Of a stretch of DNA of 64,000 bases, positions 31,004-39,914 are shown piece by piece; position 1 is the first letter of the stretch; every line of letters starts with the position of its first letter. This DNA comes from a bacterium (GTDB taxonomy: Bacteria > UBA8248): assembly GCA_965207065.1 (NCBI GenBank), contig OZ242260.1, positions 2,144,001-2,208,000 of the forward strand, given 5' to 3'. A model generated the notes under the pieces. It saw only the letters and a list, made by a program, of their open reading frames with translations. It had not been told where the DNA came from and ran no database searches. The position numbers and the translations under genes were made by a program.

Positions 31004-32190
31004 ATTTTTCATCCATACCGATCACCGGCGCCGGCCTGGTAACGGCGGCGGGGCGAGGCGTCGAACCCGCCTGGGAGGCCCTTTGCGCGGGGCGTTCCCT
31101 ACTCGCTTTGGACACAGACCCCGAACTCGCCGGTTTTCCTCCCATCGAAACAGCTCGGTGCGCGCGGATCGACCCCGAATCGGTCGGGGCGGACCGCCGC
31201 GCGGCGAGAACCATGGGTCATCATACCCATATGCTCCTGGCGGCGGTTCACGATTTGGTGACCGGCGCCCCTGCCGTTTCGGAGATGGAAGAGGATGAAA
31301 TCGCATTTTTCGCAGGGATGGACTCGGTCGATCCGGGGAAAGACGATTTGATGGGCGCGGTGAGAGACTCGGGAGACCGGGTGGACCTCGTGCATTTCTT
31401 CAGCGAGGGGATGGACACCATCCCTCCGCTTTGGCCGTTGAGCATGGTGAACGCGATAGGTTTCAGCCAGGCCGCGATTCAGCACAGGTGGCGGGGCGAG
31501 AACGCCGTTTTCAGCGCAGGCCCGGAGGCGGCGGCGCGCGCCGCCTGCGAGGCGGCGGATTCCATATGTACAGGCAAGGCGAGACTCGCTCTTTGCGCCG
31601 GCGTGAGCGGGGTGGTTTCCGCCCGCATGCTGGCCCGCGCGCAGCGGCGCGGCGTCTGGCCCCAGGCGGGGGGTCTGGGCGAGGGCGCGGGTGTAATTCG
31701 CATCGAGAAGCCAGAAGAAATCGACCGGTCCAAAATACTCGGTTGGCTTAAAGGATATTCTTCTGTTCGTGCGCTCAAAAAACGAGGCGGCCTCGCCCGA
31801 GCGGTTCAAACATCGGCCGAAGGCGCTCTCGCAAGCGCTGTTCTCATGCCTGATAAAGTAGACCTTCTCGTGATTCACGGGGAGGGGGAGCCTCGGGCGA
31901 ATAAGGCGGAGGCGCAAGCGATTCGCGCTCTTTTGGGCGGCCACAAGCCTTGGGGGCTTGCGACGAAGGGCGTATTCGGCCACCTTTGGGGGGGAAGCCC
32001 GGTGCTGGACCTGATTATGGCGATGAAAGCTCTGGCCGTAGGCGCCCCGCCTCCCACTTCTGTAGCGGAGGGCGGATTGTTTCGCGATGCGGCGGGTGGT
32101 CCCGGGCGGGATGAACTCGAAAACGCGCTCGTGTTGCTCCAGGGCTTCGACGGCGTGTGTGCGGCTTTCGTGGTGGGCAAGAGCGCTTGA
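31000..32190 (+). CDS. Ketosynthase-fold protein lacking catalytic Cys (chain-length-factor-like)
   Basis: GTG start overlaps the previous TGA; ITGAGLVT, GEGAG, HGEG, KGVFGH; SAGPEAA at the Cys position. Confidence 0.8.
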   Translation: MNFSSIPITGAGLVTAAGRGVEPAWEALCAGRSLLALDTDPELAGFPPIETARCARIDPESVGADRRAARTMGHHTHMLLAAVHDLVTGAPAVSEMEEDEIAFFAGMDSVDPGKDDLMGAVRDSGDRVDLVHFFSEGMDTIPPLWPLSMVNAIGFSQAAIQHRWRGENAVFSAGPEAAARAACEAADSICTGKARLALCAGVSGVVSARMLARAQRRGVWPQAGGLGEGAGVIRIEKPEEIDRSKILGWLKGYSSVRALKKRGGLARAVQTSAEGALASAVLMPDKVDLLVIHGEGEPRANKAEAQAIRALLGGHKPWGLATKGVFGHLWGGSPVLDLIMAMKALAVGAPPPTSVAEGGLFRDAAGGPGRDELENALVLLQGFDGVCAAFVVGKSA

Positions 32191-32205
32191 CGGGAGAACA
32201 AGAAA

Positions 32206-32658
32206 TTGCGGTTTCTCTATTTCGATCAGATCAAAGAAGTTGTGCGAGGTGAGCGCATCGTGGGTGTCAAGACGTTTCCGCTCTCGGAAGCGTACCTGAA
32301 CGCCCATTTCACTCGTGCCCCGCGCGTGCCCGGCTCGATCCTCATCGAGGCGATGGCGCAGATTACGGGTTGGCTCGTGGTCTACACCTATGATTTCAAG
32401 ACCCCGTGCGTCATCTCGCTCATCGACGATGTGGAGGTGGCGAGCGATCTGCGCCCCGGAGTGTCCGTGGAGATTCATGGCGAGATGATCGACACGAACG
32501 AGCGAGCGAGCCTGTGCCGCGCGCGAATCGAAAAAGACGGCGTTCCCGTGGCGAGGGCCGAGAGGCTCGTATATCCCCACTTTCCCAACGAAGATACCGA
32601 AGGCCTAAAGGAGCGCTTTAGAAACTATGGCTGGCTGGCGTTCGAGGAAACTGCATGA
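32206..32658 (+). CDS. FabZ/FabA-like 3-hydroxyacyl-ACP dehydratase 1
   Basis: HF...PRVPGSILIEAMAQ. Confidence 0.88.
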   Translation: MRFLYFDQIKEVVRGERIVGVKTFPLSEAYLNAHFTRAPRVPGSILIEAMAQITGWLVVYTYDFKTPCVISLIDDVEVASDLRPGVSVEIHGEMIDTNERASLCRARIEKDGVPVARAERLVYPHFPNEDTEGLKERFRNYGWLAFEETA

Positions 32659-33920
32659 GCGCGCAGGTATTCATCACCGGACTCGGCATGGTGACCTCAT
32701 TGGGGGCAGACGTGGAGACTTGCTGGCGACGTGCGCTTGCCGGTGAATCGGGACTCGCGCCGATTGCGTCTTTCGACGCGAAGGCGCTGCCCATCGCGGG
32801 TGCCGGCGAGGTCACCGAGGAGTCGCTCCGCGCCATCAGGGAGAGATTGCCCGAGGAATACGCAGGCGAGGGGGAGCGCAGGGTGTTGTTCGCGCTCGAC
32901 GCCGCGCAAAGTGCGATGACGGACGCCGGGATGCGCCCCGGCGATTACGCGCCCGAACGCGCGGGCGTGGTGATGGGAACCGGTCTGAGCAGCTACCGGC
33001 TGGAGGATTTCGCGGCCTGGGCGGACCCCGAAAACGGATTCGACGCCGTGCGCTTCGCCAGAGAACTCGAGATGACGCAAGAAACGGGTTACTTCAACAA
33101 CCCGCCCGAGCGGGCGACGTCGAAGATGGCGGAGTGGTTCGAACTCGCAGGCCCCACCGGCACCATCACCTCCGCCTGTGCGGCGGCGGGACAGGCGATA
33201 GGACTCGGGATGCGAATGATCCGGAGGGGCGAGGCGGACGTGGTTCTTTGCGGCGGGGCCGATTCGATGATCCATCCCGTCGGAATGGCCATATTCCTCC
33301 TGCTGGGTGCTGCGTCCAAATCGAAAGTTCCCGTTTGCCGCCCGTTCGACAGGAAACGCACAGGCCTCGCCGTGGGCGAAGGGGCGGGCGTGGTGGTTCT
33401 CGAATCAGAAGCCCATGCGCGCAAGCGGGGCGCTGCGCCCTGCGCCGCACTATCGGGCTACGGGGCGAGCATGGACGCTCATCAGGTGACAGCCCCGCAC
33501 CCGGCGGGCCGCGGAGCCGTTCGCGCGATGAGCGAGGCGTTGGGGGATGCGGGTCTCACGCCCGGTGACGTCGCCTACGTCAATGCGCACGGCACGGGCA
33601 CGAAACTGAACGATCCGGTCGAGTCCAGGGCGATTCGCGAGGTGTTCGGCGCGGGGGCGGATGCGCTGGCGGTGAGTTCGTCCAAATCCATGATTGGGCA
33701 TCTTATCGCCGCTTGCGGCGCGCCCGAGTTTATCTTCACGGCCTTGAGCGTGGCGCGCGACATCGTGCATCCTACGGCGAATCTAGAGAACCCGGACCCG
33801 AAGTGCGATCTCGACTACGTGGCCGAGGGGGCGAGAGAGATGCCCGTGCCCGCCGCCATCACGAATTCCTTCGGTTTCGGCGGACAAAACGCCACACTCC
33901 TCGTGAGCAAGGCGGCTTAG
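32655..33920 (+). CDS. Beta-ketoacyl-ACP synthase (FabF-like), Cys-His-His intact
   Basis: SACAAA, NAHGTGT, KSMIGH, NSFGFGG. Confidence 0.93.
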   Translation: MSAQVFITGLGMVTSLGADVETCWRRALAGESGLAPIASFDAKALPIAGAGEVTEESLRAIRERLPEEYAGEGERRVLFALDAAQSAMTDAGMRPGDYAPERAGVVMGTGLSSYRLEDFAAWADPENGFDAVRFARELEMTQETGYFNNPPERATSKMAEWFELAGPTGTITSACAAAGQAIGLGMRMIRRGEADVVLCGGADSMIHPVGMAIFLLLGAASKSKVPVCRPFDRKRTGLAVGEGAGVVVLESEAHARKRGAAPCAALSGYGASMDAHQVTAPHPAGRGAVRAMSEALGDAGLTPGDVAYVNAHGTGTKLNDPVESRAIREVFGAGADALAVSSSKSMIGHLIAACGAPEFIFTALSVARDIVHPTANLENPDPKCDLDYVAEGAREMPVPAAITNSFGFGGQNATLLVSKAA

Positions 33921-33945
33921 CAACCCAGAAGAAAGGTGATTCGCA

Positions 33946-34698
33946 ATGAAAATCGATTTGAGCGGAAAAATCGCGCTGGTGACCGGGGGCGGTCGGGGCA
34001 TCGGTCGCGCCTGCTGCACGGCGCTGGCCGAGGCGGGCGCTTCGGTGGCGATCAACTACAGCCGCTCGGCGGAGGCCGCCGAGGAGGTGAAGGGGGAGAT
34101 CGAGGCGGCCGGCGGGCAGGCGAATACCTACCAGGCCGACGTCTCCTCTTTCGAAGACGTGACGGCGATGTTCGAGAAGGTGAAGGCGGATTTCGGCACA
34201 CTCGACATCCTGGTGAACAACGCGGGCGTCATTCAGGACGGCTTGCTGCTCACCATGAAGCCCGCGGGCTGGCGCAAGGTGCTCGGTGTGAGCCTGGACG
34301 GCGCCTACCACTGCACGAAGGCGGCAGGCGAGATCATGCTCAGAAAGCGCTCCGGCAAGGTGATCAGCATTTCCTCCGTCATGGGGGTCTCGGGGGGAGC
34401 CGGTCAGACGAACTACGCTTCCGCCAAGGCGGGCATCATCGCCTTCATGCGCGCCTGCGCCGCCGAGATGGGTAAACGCGGCATCCAGTTCAACACCATT
34501 TTACCGGGCATGATCGTCACCGACATGAGCGAGCGCGTGCGCGAGAAGGGCGGCGACGTGATTATGGGACGCATACCGGCGGGCCGCTTCGGCGAACCGG
34601 AGGACGTGGCCAGGCTCGTGGTGTTCCTGGCGTCGGCGGAATCGGATTACATCAACGGCCAGGCGATAGCCGTGGACGGCGGCCTGCTCACCGGCTAG
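33946..34698 (+). CDS. fabG: 3-oxoacyl-ACP reductase
   Basis: TGGGRGIG, NNAG, GQTNYASAKAG, VDGG. Confidence 0.9.
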   Translation: MKIDLSGKIALVTGGGRGIGRACCTALAEAGASVAINYSRSAEAAEEVKGEIEAAGGQANTYQADVSSFEDVTAMFEKVKADFGTLDILVNNAGVIQDGLLLTMKPAGWRKVLGVSLDGAYHCTKAAGEIMLRKRSGKVISISSVMGVSGGAGQTNYASAKAGIIAFMRACAAEMGKRGIQFNTILPGMIVTDMSERVREKGGDVIMGRIPAGRFGEPEDVARLVVFLASAESDYINGQAIAVDGGLLTG

Positions 34699-34715
34699 GG
34701 CGGGGGATATTCAGG

Positions 34716-35132
34716 ATGCGGCTGTACCAGGGGGTGGATTTGGTGGAGGTGGCGCGCCTGAAGGAAGCCTACGAGCGCCACGAGGCGTTCGGCGAGGACG
34801 TTTTCACCGATGCCGAGCGGACGTATTGCCTGAAGCGCCGCAATCCCTACCCCCATTTCGCGGCCCGCTTCGCTGCGAAAGAGGCCTGCCTCAAGGCTTT
34901 CGGCCTCGGCATTTCCGAACCGGGCGGGCTGGGCGGCAGGGGCCGCCTGCGCGAGATTGAGGTGGAATCGGCGGCTTCGGGCAAGCCCACGCTCAAACTG
35001 AGCGGTTCGATGGAGCGGATGAGCGCGCGCAAGAAGATCACCCGGTTCACCGTTTCGCTGAGCCATACGCTGGAGTTGGCGGTGGCCCAGGTGATTCTCC
35101 TGGGTGAGGACGCGCCGGAAGAGGCGGATTAG
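34716..35132 (+). CDS. acpS: Holo-ACP synthase (phosphopantetheinyl transferase)
   Basis: GVDLVE, AARFAAKEA..KA, SLSH. Confidence 0.92.
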   Translation: MRLYQGVDLVEVARLKEAYERHEAFGEDVFTDAERTYCLKRRNPYPHFAARFAAKEACLKAFGLGISEPGGLGGRGRLREIEVESAASGKPTLKLSGSMERMSARKKITRFTVSLSHTLELAVAQVILLGEDAPEEAD

Positions 35133-35143
35133 GGGGCGGTGAA

Positions 35144-35596
35144 TTGAGATACATGCTTGTGGACAGGGTGACGGCGTGGGAGGCGGGGGTCTCCATCCAG
35201 GGGGTGAAGAACATTACGATGAGCGAGGATTTTCTGGAGTATCACTTCCCCCGGTTCCCCGTCATGCCGGGCGCGCTGATATTCGAGGCGCTGGTGCAGC
35301 TTGCAGGCTGGCTGGAGGCGGCGGGTTCGGATTTCAACCGGTGGATTCTTTTGGAAAAGGTCCGGAGCGTCAGGTACTATGGATTCGCCTTTCCGGGGGA
35401 TCAGGTTCTCCTGAACGTGGAGGCGCGTGGAGAGGAAGAAGGACTCAATAATTTCAGGGGAGTGGCCACCGTGGAGGGGGAGCGCCGGGTGGTCGCCGAT
35501 TTTGCCGGAAAGGTGGCGCCGCTTGCGGATTATGAAGACCCCGAGGAGCAGCGCCATCATTTTCGTGTTTTAAGACGCGAGGTTCGGTTGAGTTAG
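35144..35596 (+). CDS. FabZ/FabA-like 3-hydroxyacyl-ACP dehydratase 2
   Basis: MLVDRV, HFPRFPVMPGALIFEA. Confidence 0.9.
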   Translation: MRYMLVDRVTAWEAGVSIQGVKNITMSEDFLEYHFPRFPVMPGALIFEALVQLAGWLEAAGSDFNRWILLEKVRSVRYYGFAFPGDQVLLNVEARGEEEGLNNFRGVATVEGERRVVADFAGKVAPLADYEDPEEQRHHFRVLRREVRLS

Positions 35597-35608
35597 GCGG
35601 AATGAGCG

Positions 35609-36907
35609 ATGCGAGGCGAAAAAGTATGGATAACGGGCGTGGGGCTGTTGACCGCCATAGGCGGGAGCGCAGGGGAGAACTGGAAATCGCTCCGCGCCGG
35701 AAAATGCGGGGTCGACCACCATCCGAGCAAGGAGAATGCGTCTCTTCCGGGTAATTTCGCCTACCACGGCGTCGTTTCCGGCCATGAAGACCCGCCCGAG
35801 GTGCCGCCCAAACTAGCTAGCCAGCGGAAGTTCCTGAACAGAAGCTCCATCCTGGGGCTTCACGCCGCCGCCGAGGCGGTGGCCTGCGCTGGACTCGATA
35901 TGGGCGAGGTGTCACCTGAGAGAAAATCCCTCTACGTGGGTTCGGGCGATTTCACGAGGGTGGGCTACGTGGATTTCTACGCGGCGCTCAAGGAGACGGC
36001 AGGCGATTCGTGGGAGGCGCCGGAACCCGCCTTGCTTAACGAGGCGGCGCTCCACAGGGTAAGTCCTTTTTACCTGCTCGAAGGCCTGCCCAACAATCTT
36101 TTCAGCTATTTATCGTCCATGTACGAATTTATGGGGCCGAATGGCAGCTTCTCCAGTCTTTCTTCCTGCGGAGCGCAGGCGCTCGAAAACTGCGATCGCG
36201 TGCTCCGCTTTGGCGAAGCCGACGTCGGCCTGGTCGTGGGCTGCGGTAGTTGGGCGCACCCCATGATGCTCCTGGAACTAGACGGCCTGGGCATTCTCTC
36301 CCAGGCGAAAGAGGGCGCGGCGTCGTTCCGGCCTTTCGATAAGAGGCGCGATGGATTCTTTCCCGGAGAGGGCGCCGCCGCCCTGGTGCTCGAGAGCGCC
36401 GAATCCGCCCAAGCGCGTGGCGCAAAGCCCCTGGGCCGCGTGATGGGAACGGCGAATTGCCAGGAATACTCCACTGAACGCTATATTCCCGTTCCAACCG
36501 GAGCGGTGCGCCATTCGGTGGAATCGGCGGTGGCCGAGGCGGACATAGAACCCGATGATCTGGCTTTCATCCTTCCCCACGGAAGCGCGACGCCCCGGGG
36601 AGACGCGGGCGAATTGTCCGCCTTGCTGGAATTCAGCGATCAGGTGAAGGACCCGGTTCCGCTTGCCGGCTGGAAGCCTTATACGGGACACATGGGCTCA
36701 GCCAGCGATTTGGCCGAGATCGTGCTGGGGCTCTGCGCCTTGAAAGACGGCCGCCTTCCGCCCACGCCGGGTTTCGAGCGCAAAGACGACGCGTTCGATG
36801 CCCTCCACATCCCCACCGTGGAATGCGCCGTCGCGGGGGCCGCGTTCTTGTCCCTGAGCCACGGCATCGGCGGGCAATCCTCCGCGACCATCGTCGCCGC
36901 GCCGTGA
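35609..36907 (+). CDS. Ketosynthase-fold protein with Ser at the catalytic Cys position
   Basis: SSLSSCGAQA aligns to CSACAAGAQA; RPFD, GEGAA, HGSAT, KPYTGH retained. Confidence 0.85.
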   Translation: MRGEKVWITGVGLLTAIGGSAGENWKSLRAGKCGVDHHPSKENASLPGNFAYHGVVSGHEDPPEVPPKLASQRKFLNRSSILGLHAAAEAVACAGLDMGEVSPERKSLYVGSGDFTRVGYVDFYAALKETAGDSWEAPEPALLNEAALHRVSPFYLLEGLPNNLFSYLSSMYEFMGPNGSFSSLSSCGAQALENCDRVLRFGEADVGLVVGCGSWAHPMMLLELDGLGILSQAKEGAASFRPFDKRRDGFFPGEGAAALVLESAESAQARGAKPLGRVMGTANCQEYSTERYIPVPTGAVRHSVESAVAEADIEPDDLAFILPHGSATPRGDAGELSALLEFSDQVKDPVPLAGWKPYTGHMGSASDLAEIVLGLCALKDGRLPPTPGFERKDDAFDALHIPTVECAVAGAAFLSLSHGIGGQSSATIVAAP

Positions 36908-37890
36908 GCAAACCCAAAGAGTCCACCAGGAGAAAGCGCAGCAAAGACAAGGGCGCATTTCACCAATGGGTGGAATACGCCCTGATCATCTCGGTTTTGA
37001 GGCTGATTCGCATGCTCCCCTACGGGGTCTGCCGTGCGTTCTCCGTCATAGTCGGGGAGGCGATTTTCCGGTTCGCTCCGAGGAGAAGGCGCATCGCGCG
37101 CGCCAACCTGCGCATCGCGTTTCCCGAACTCGACGAGGCGCAGCGCCTGGTTCTGGCGAGGCGCAGTTGCCGTTCGTTCATACTCACCTGTCTGGAGGGA
37201 GCGAAGTTTCTCACCCATTTCGATTTGCGGCGCGCAGAGAAAACGGTGCGCGATATCGTGGACGGCGCAGAAGAGACGATAGATAAGGTGCGGGCAATTC
37301 ACGAGGATGCGGGTGGCTGCGTGTTCGTCGTGCCGCATCTGGGGAACTGGGAATTCCTCGCCCATGCCGGCGCACTGGCGGGGATTCCGCTCACAGTCCC
37401 CGTACGTCCCCTGGACAACCGGAAGCTCGAAGCCTCGCTGTATCAAATGCGCGCATCCTCCGGGCAGGAGATATTATCCAAGAAAAACGCTTTCTTCCAT
37501 CTGCGCGAGGCGCTGCGCAAGGGCCGCTCGGTGGCGATTCTCGCGGATCAGAACGCGGGCGGCGATGGAATCGACGCGCCGTTCTTCGGCAAGCCCGCCA
37601 GGACGACGCCCGCCCCCGCCGCGCTCGCAGTCCTTTACAATCGGCCCCTCGTCCTGATCTCTTGCCTGAGAAAAGGCGATGACCGCCGTTACGAAATATT
37701 GCTGAGCGAGCCGATAACGCCCGACATGAACGCGCCAAGCGCAAAGAAAGAAATCGAGAGGCTGACGAAAACCGTGAACGAGGAGACGGAAAATTTTATT
37801 CGAAAGGGGCCGGAGCAGTACCTGTGGATTCATGACAGGTGGAAACTCACGAAAAGCCAGGGTCGTGCGCGCTGGGCCGGTTCAGGGTGA
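36904..37890 (+). CDS. Lipid A late acyltransferase-like (LpxL/HtrB family)
   Basis: ANLRIAFP, HLGNWE, ILADQ, FFG, PEQYLWIHDRWK; GTG start overlaps the previous stop. Confidence 0.88.
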   Translation: MSKPKESTRRKRSKDKGAFHQWVEYALIISVLRLIRMLPYGVCRAFSVIVGEAIFRFAPRRRRIARANLRIAFPELDEAQRLVLARRSCRSFILTCLEGAKFLTHFDLRRAEKTVRDIVDGAEETIDKVRAIHEDAGGCVFVVPHLGNWEFLAHAGALAGIPLTVPVRPLDNRKLEASLYQMRASSGQEILSKKNAFFHLREALRKGRSVAILADQNAGGDGIDAPFFGKPARTTPAPAALAVLYNRPLVLISCLRKGDDRRYEILLSEPITPDMNAPSAKKEIERLTKTVNEETENFIRKGPEQYLWIHDRWKLTKSQGRARWAGSG

Positions 37891-38286
37891 GGATGGAGAG
37901 GAGGCGGTTTCTTTCAGGTGCTTGAAGAAGGGGTCGCCCAGTTTTTCGAGTATCGACTCGAGCTTTTCCGTGCAGTCGCAATCCCCGCAGACGGGATAGC
38001 CCTCGCAATCCTCCGGTTTCCGGGCGAAGCGCACGTCGATTTCCTCGAAATACGCCTCCCAGTAGGGTAGTTCCTCATACAGCTCATAACCCGGCCCGAA
38101 CGCCTCGCGGCAGTAGCAGACCTCGAGCCAGCGAACCTGGCCCTCCTTGGTAAGACGCGCCTTTTTCATGCACTTCAGGAAAGTTTGGTGCGCGATGGAG
38201 CCGCGCCCGAGTTCACCGGACTCGATGGCTTTTAGCAAAGCCGCGCCTTTACCCTCGATGACTTTTCCGCGCACCAGATACCGCAT
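37882..38286 (-). CDS. Hypothetical Cys-rich protein
   Basis: Protein-like ORF with RBS GGAGG; VCYC and C-x5-CxxCxC motifs. Confidence 0.75.
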   Translation of the reverse strand: MRYLVRGKVIEGKGAALLKAIESGELGRGSIAHQTFLKCMKKARLTKEGQVRWLEVCYCREAFGPGYELYEELPYWEAYFEEIDVRFARKPEDCEGYPVCGDCDCTEKLESILEKLGDPFFKHLKETASSPSSP

Positions 38287-38427
38287 GGAACCTCCATGGG
38301 TTTTTCATGAATCCTTCATTCGATTGTAACATAGGCGTTATGATTCATGTATAGATTGCCAAAGGCTTCGAGTATCGACGGCGTACAACGCCAAAGCGAG
38401 GAACGGATGAACACAGGGGCAGGCGGA

Positions 38428-39888
38428 ATGACGGACAAACCAATCGAAATCACCATGGTGGCGAGCGAGATGTTTCCTTTCGCCAAATCGGGCGGACTAG
38501 GCGACGTCATCGGCGCGCTGCCTTTGGCCCTGGGGCGGATGGGCCACAAGGTCTGCGTCTATCTGCCCGCGTACCGCTCCATTTTACGGGAATATGAGAT
38601 TGAGCCTCCCGGACAGGTCTCAGATGTCTTTTCCGATGCTCACTACGAGATATTCTCGCTCGAACACGAGGGCGTTTCGGTCAGACTCGTCGCAGCGGAT
38701 GACCTGTTCGATAGGGACGGATTCTACGGGGACGCGCGCGGGCCGTTCCCCGACAATGCGGAGCGCTACGCCCGCTTCGCAAGGGGTGCGCTCTCCCACA
38801 TGGAGCATGAAAGAGCCTATCCGTCCGTCATCCATTGCCATGACTGGCAAAGCGCCTTGATTCCGCCCTTGCTGGAATACCGCCGCGCGGACGATGAGAA
38901 ATGGAGCGGAGTCTCCTCCGTTTTCACCATCCACAACCTGGCGTATCAGGGCCGGTTCCACCCGGATGATTTTGCGCATACATGCCTGCCTGATGAGGCG
39001 ATGGGCATGGAGGGACTCGAGTTTCATGGCGACGTGAATTTCATGAAGGGCGGCATTTTGTTCAGCAACGTCTTCTCCACCGTGAGCGAGCGGTATGCGC
39101 AGGAGATGCTGACGGAAGAGCAGGGAGAGGGGCTCGAAGGGGTGGTCGTTCTCAGAAAAAATTCTTTGTTCGGCATCATGAACGGCATCGACGACGCGGT
39201 CTGGAACCCGGAGACCGACCCGCACATTTCGGCGCCGTTCTCGAGCGCGCACCCGGATGGCAAGGCGAAGTGCAAGGCCGCGCTTCAGGCGGAGTTGGCG
39301 CTGGACCCGGACGCGGGGGGGCCTTTGTGCGTCGTCGTCTCTCGGCTGGCGCATCAGAAGGGAATCGACCTGATTCTCGAAACGATGGATGAACTGATGG
39401 ATTCAGGCATAAGCCTGGCCATCCTGGGAACCGGGGAGGAGGAGCTGGAAGAAGGACTCGCCGAGGCCGCCTCTTCTCACCGGGGCCGGATGGCCTTCGT
39501 GCCCGCCTACGACGAAGCGCTCTCTCACCGCATGTACGCGGGGGGCGACGTCCTGCTCATGCCCTCGCGCTATGAACCCTCGGGCCTGAACCAGTTATAC
39601 GCCATGCGCTACGGCACCCTGCCTTACGTCCGGCGGGTCGGGGGGCTTGCGGATTCGGTTTCCTCGTCACCCATACCCGACCCGGATGCCGACACCGGTT
39701 TTCATTTCGATCAGTTCGTCCCGGCCGAATTTCTCGCCGGGATGGAGGAAATTTGCCGGGTGTTTTTGGATCTGGGGCTTTGGCGTATGATGATGCGCAA
39801 CGCGATGGAGAAGGATTCCGGCTGGGACGGCGTCGCGCCCCGCTATGTCGAGTTGTACGAGAAGGCGATGCGCCCGCAGACGCGTTGA
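38428..39888 (+). CDS. glgA: Glycogen synthase
   Basis: KSGGLGDV, HCHDW, TIHNLAYQG, PSRYEP, GGLADSV. Confidence 0.95.
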   Translation: MTDKPIEITMVASEMFPFAKSGGLGDVIGALPLALGRMGHKVCVYLPAYRSILREYEIEPPGQVSDVFSDAHYEIFSLEHEGVSVRLVAADDLFDRDGFYGDARGPFPDNAERYARFARGALSHMEHERAYPSVIHCHDWQSALIPPLLEYRRADDEKWSGVSSVFTIHNLAYQGRFHPDDFAHTCLPDEAMGMEGLEFHGDVNFMKGGILFSNVFSTVSERYAQEMLTEEQGEGLEGVVVLRKNSLFGIMNGIDDAVWNPETDPHISAPFSSAHPDGKAKCKAALQAELALDPDAGGPLCVVVSRLAHQKGIDLILETMDELMDSGISLAILGTGEEELEEGLAEAASSHRGRMAFVPAYDEALSHRMYAGGDVLLMPSRYEPSGLNQLYAMRYGTLPYVRRVGGLADSVSSSPIPDPDADTGFHFDQFVPAEFLAGMEEICRVFLDLGLWRMMMRNAMEKDSGWDGVAPRYVELYEKAMRPQTR

Positions 39889-39914
39889 GACGAATCGGAC
39901 AAAGGAGCCAGAGC

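Noticed and set aside
28167-37890. Calling the operon a ladderane or aryl polyene cluster
   Set aside because: No radical SAM/methyltransferase genes, and no aromatic starter, ligase or glycosyltransferase genes; the product cannot be assigned
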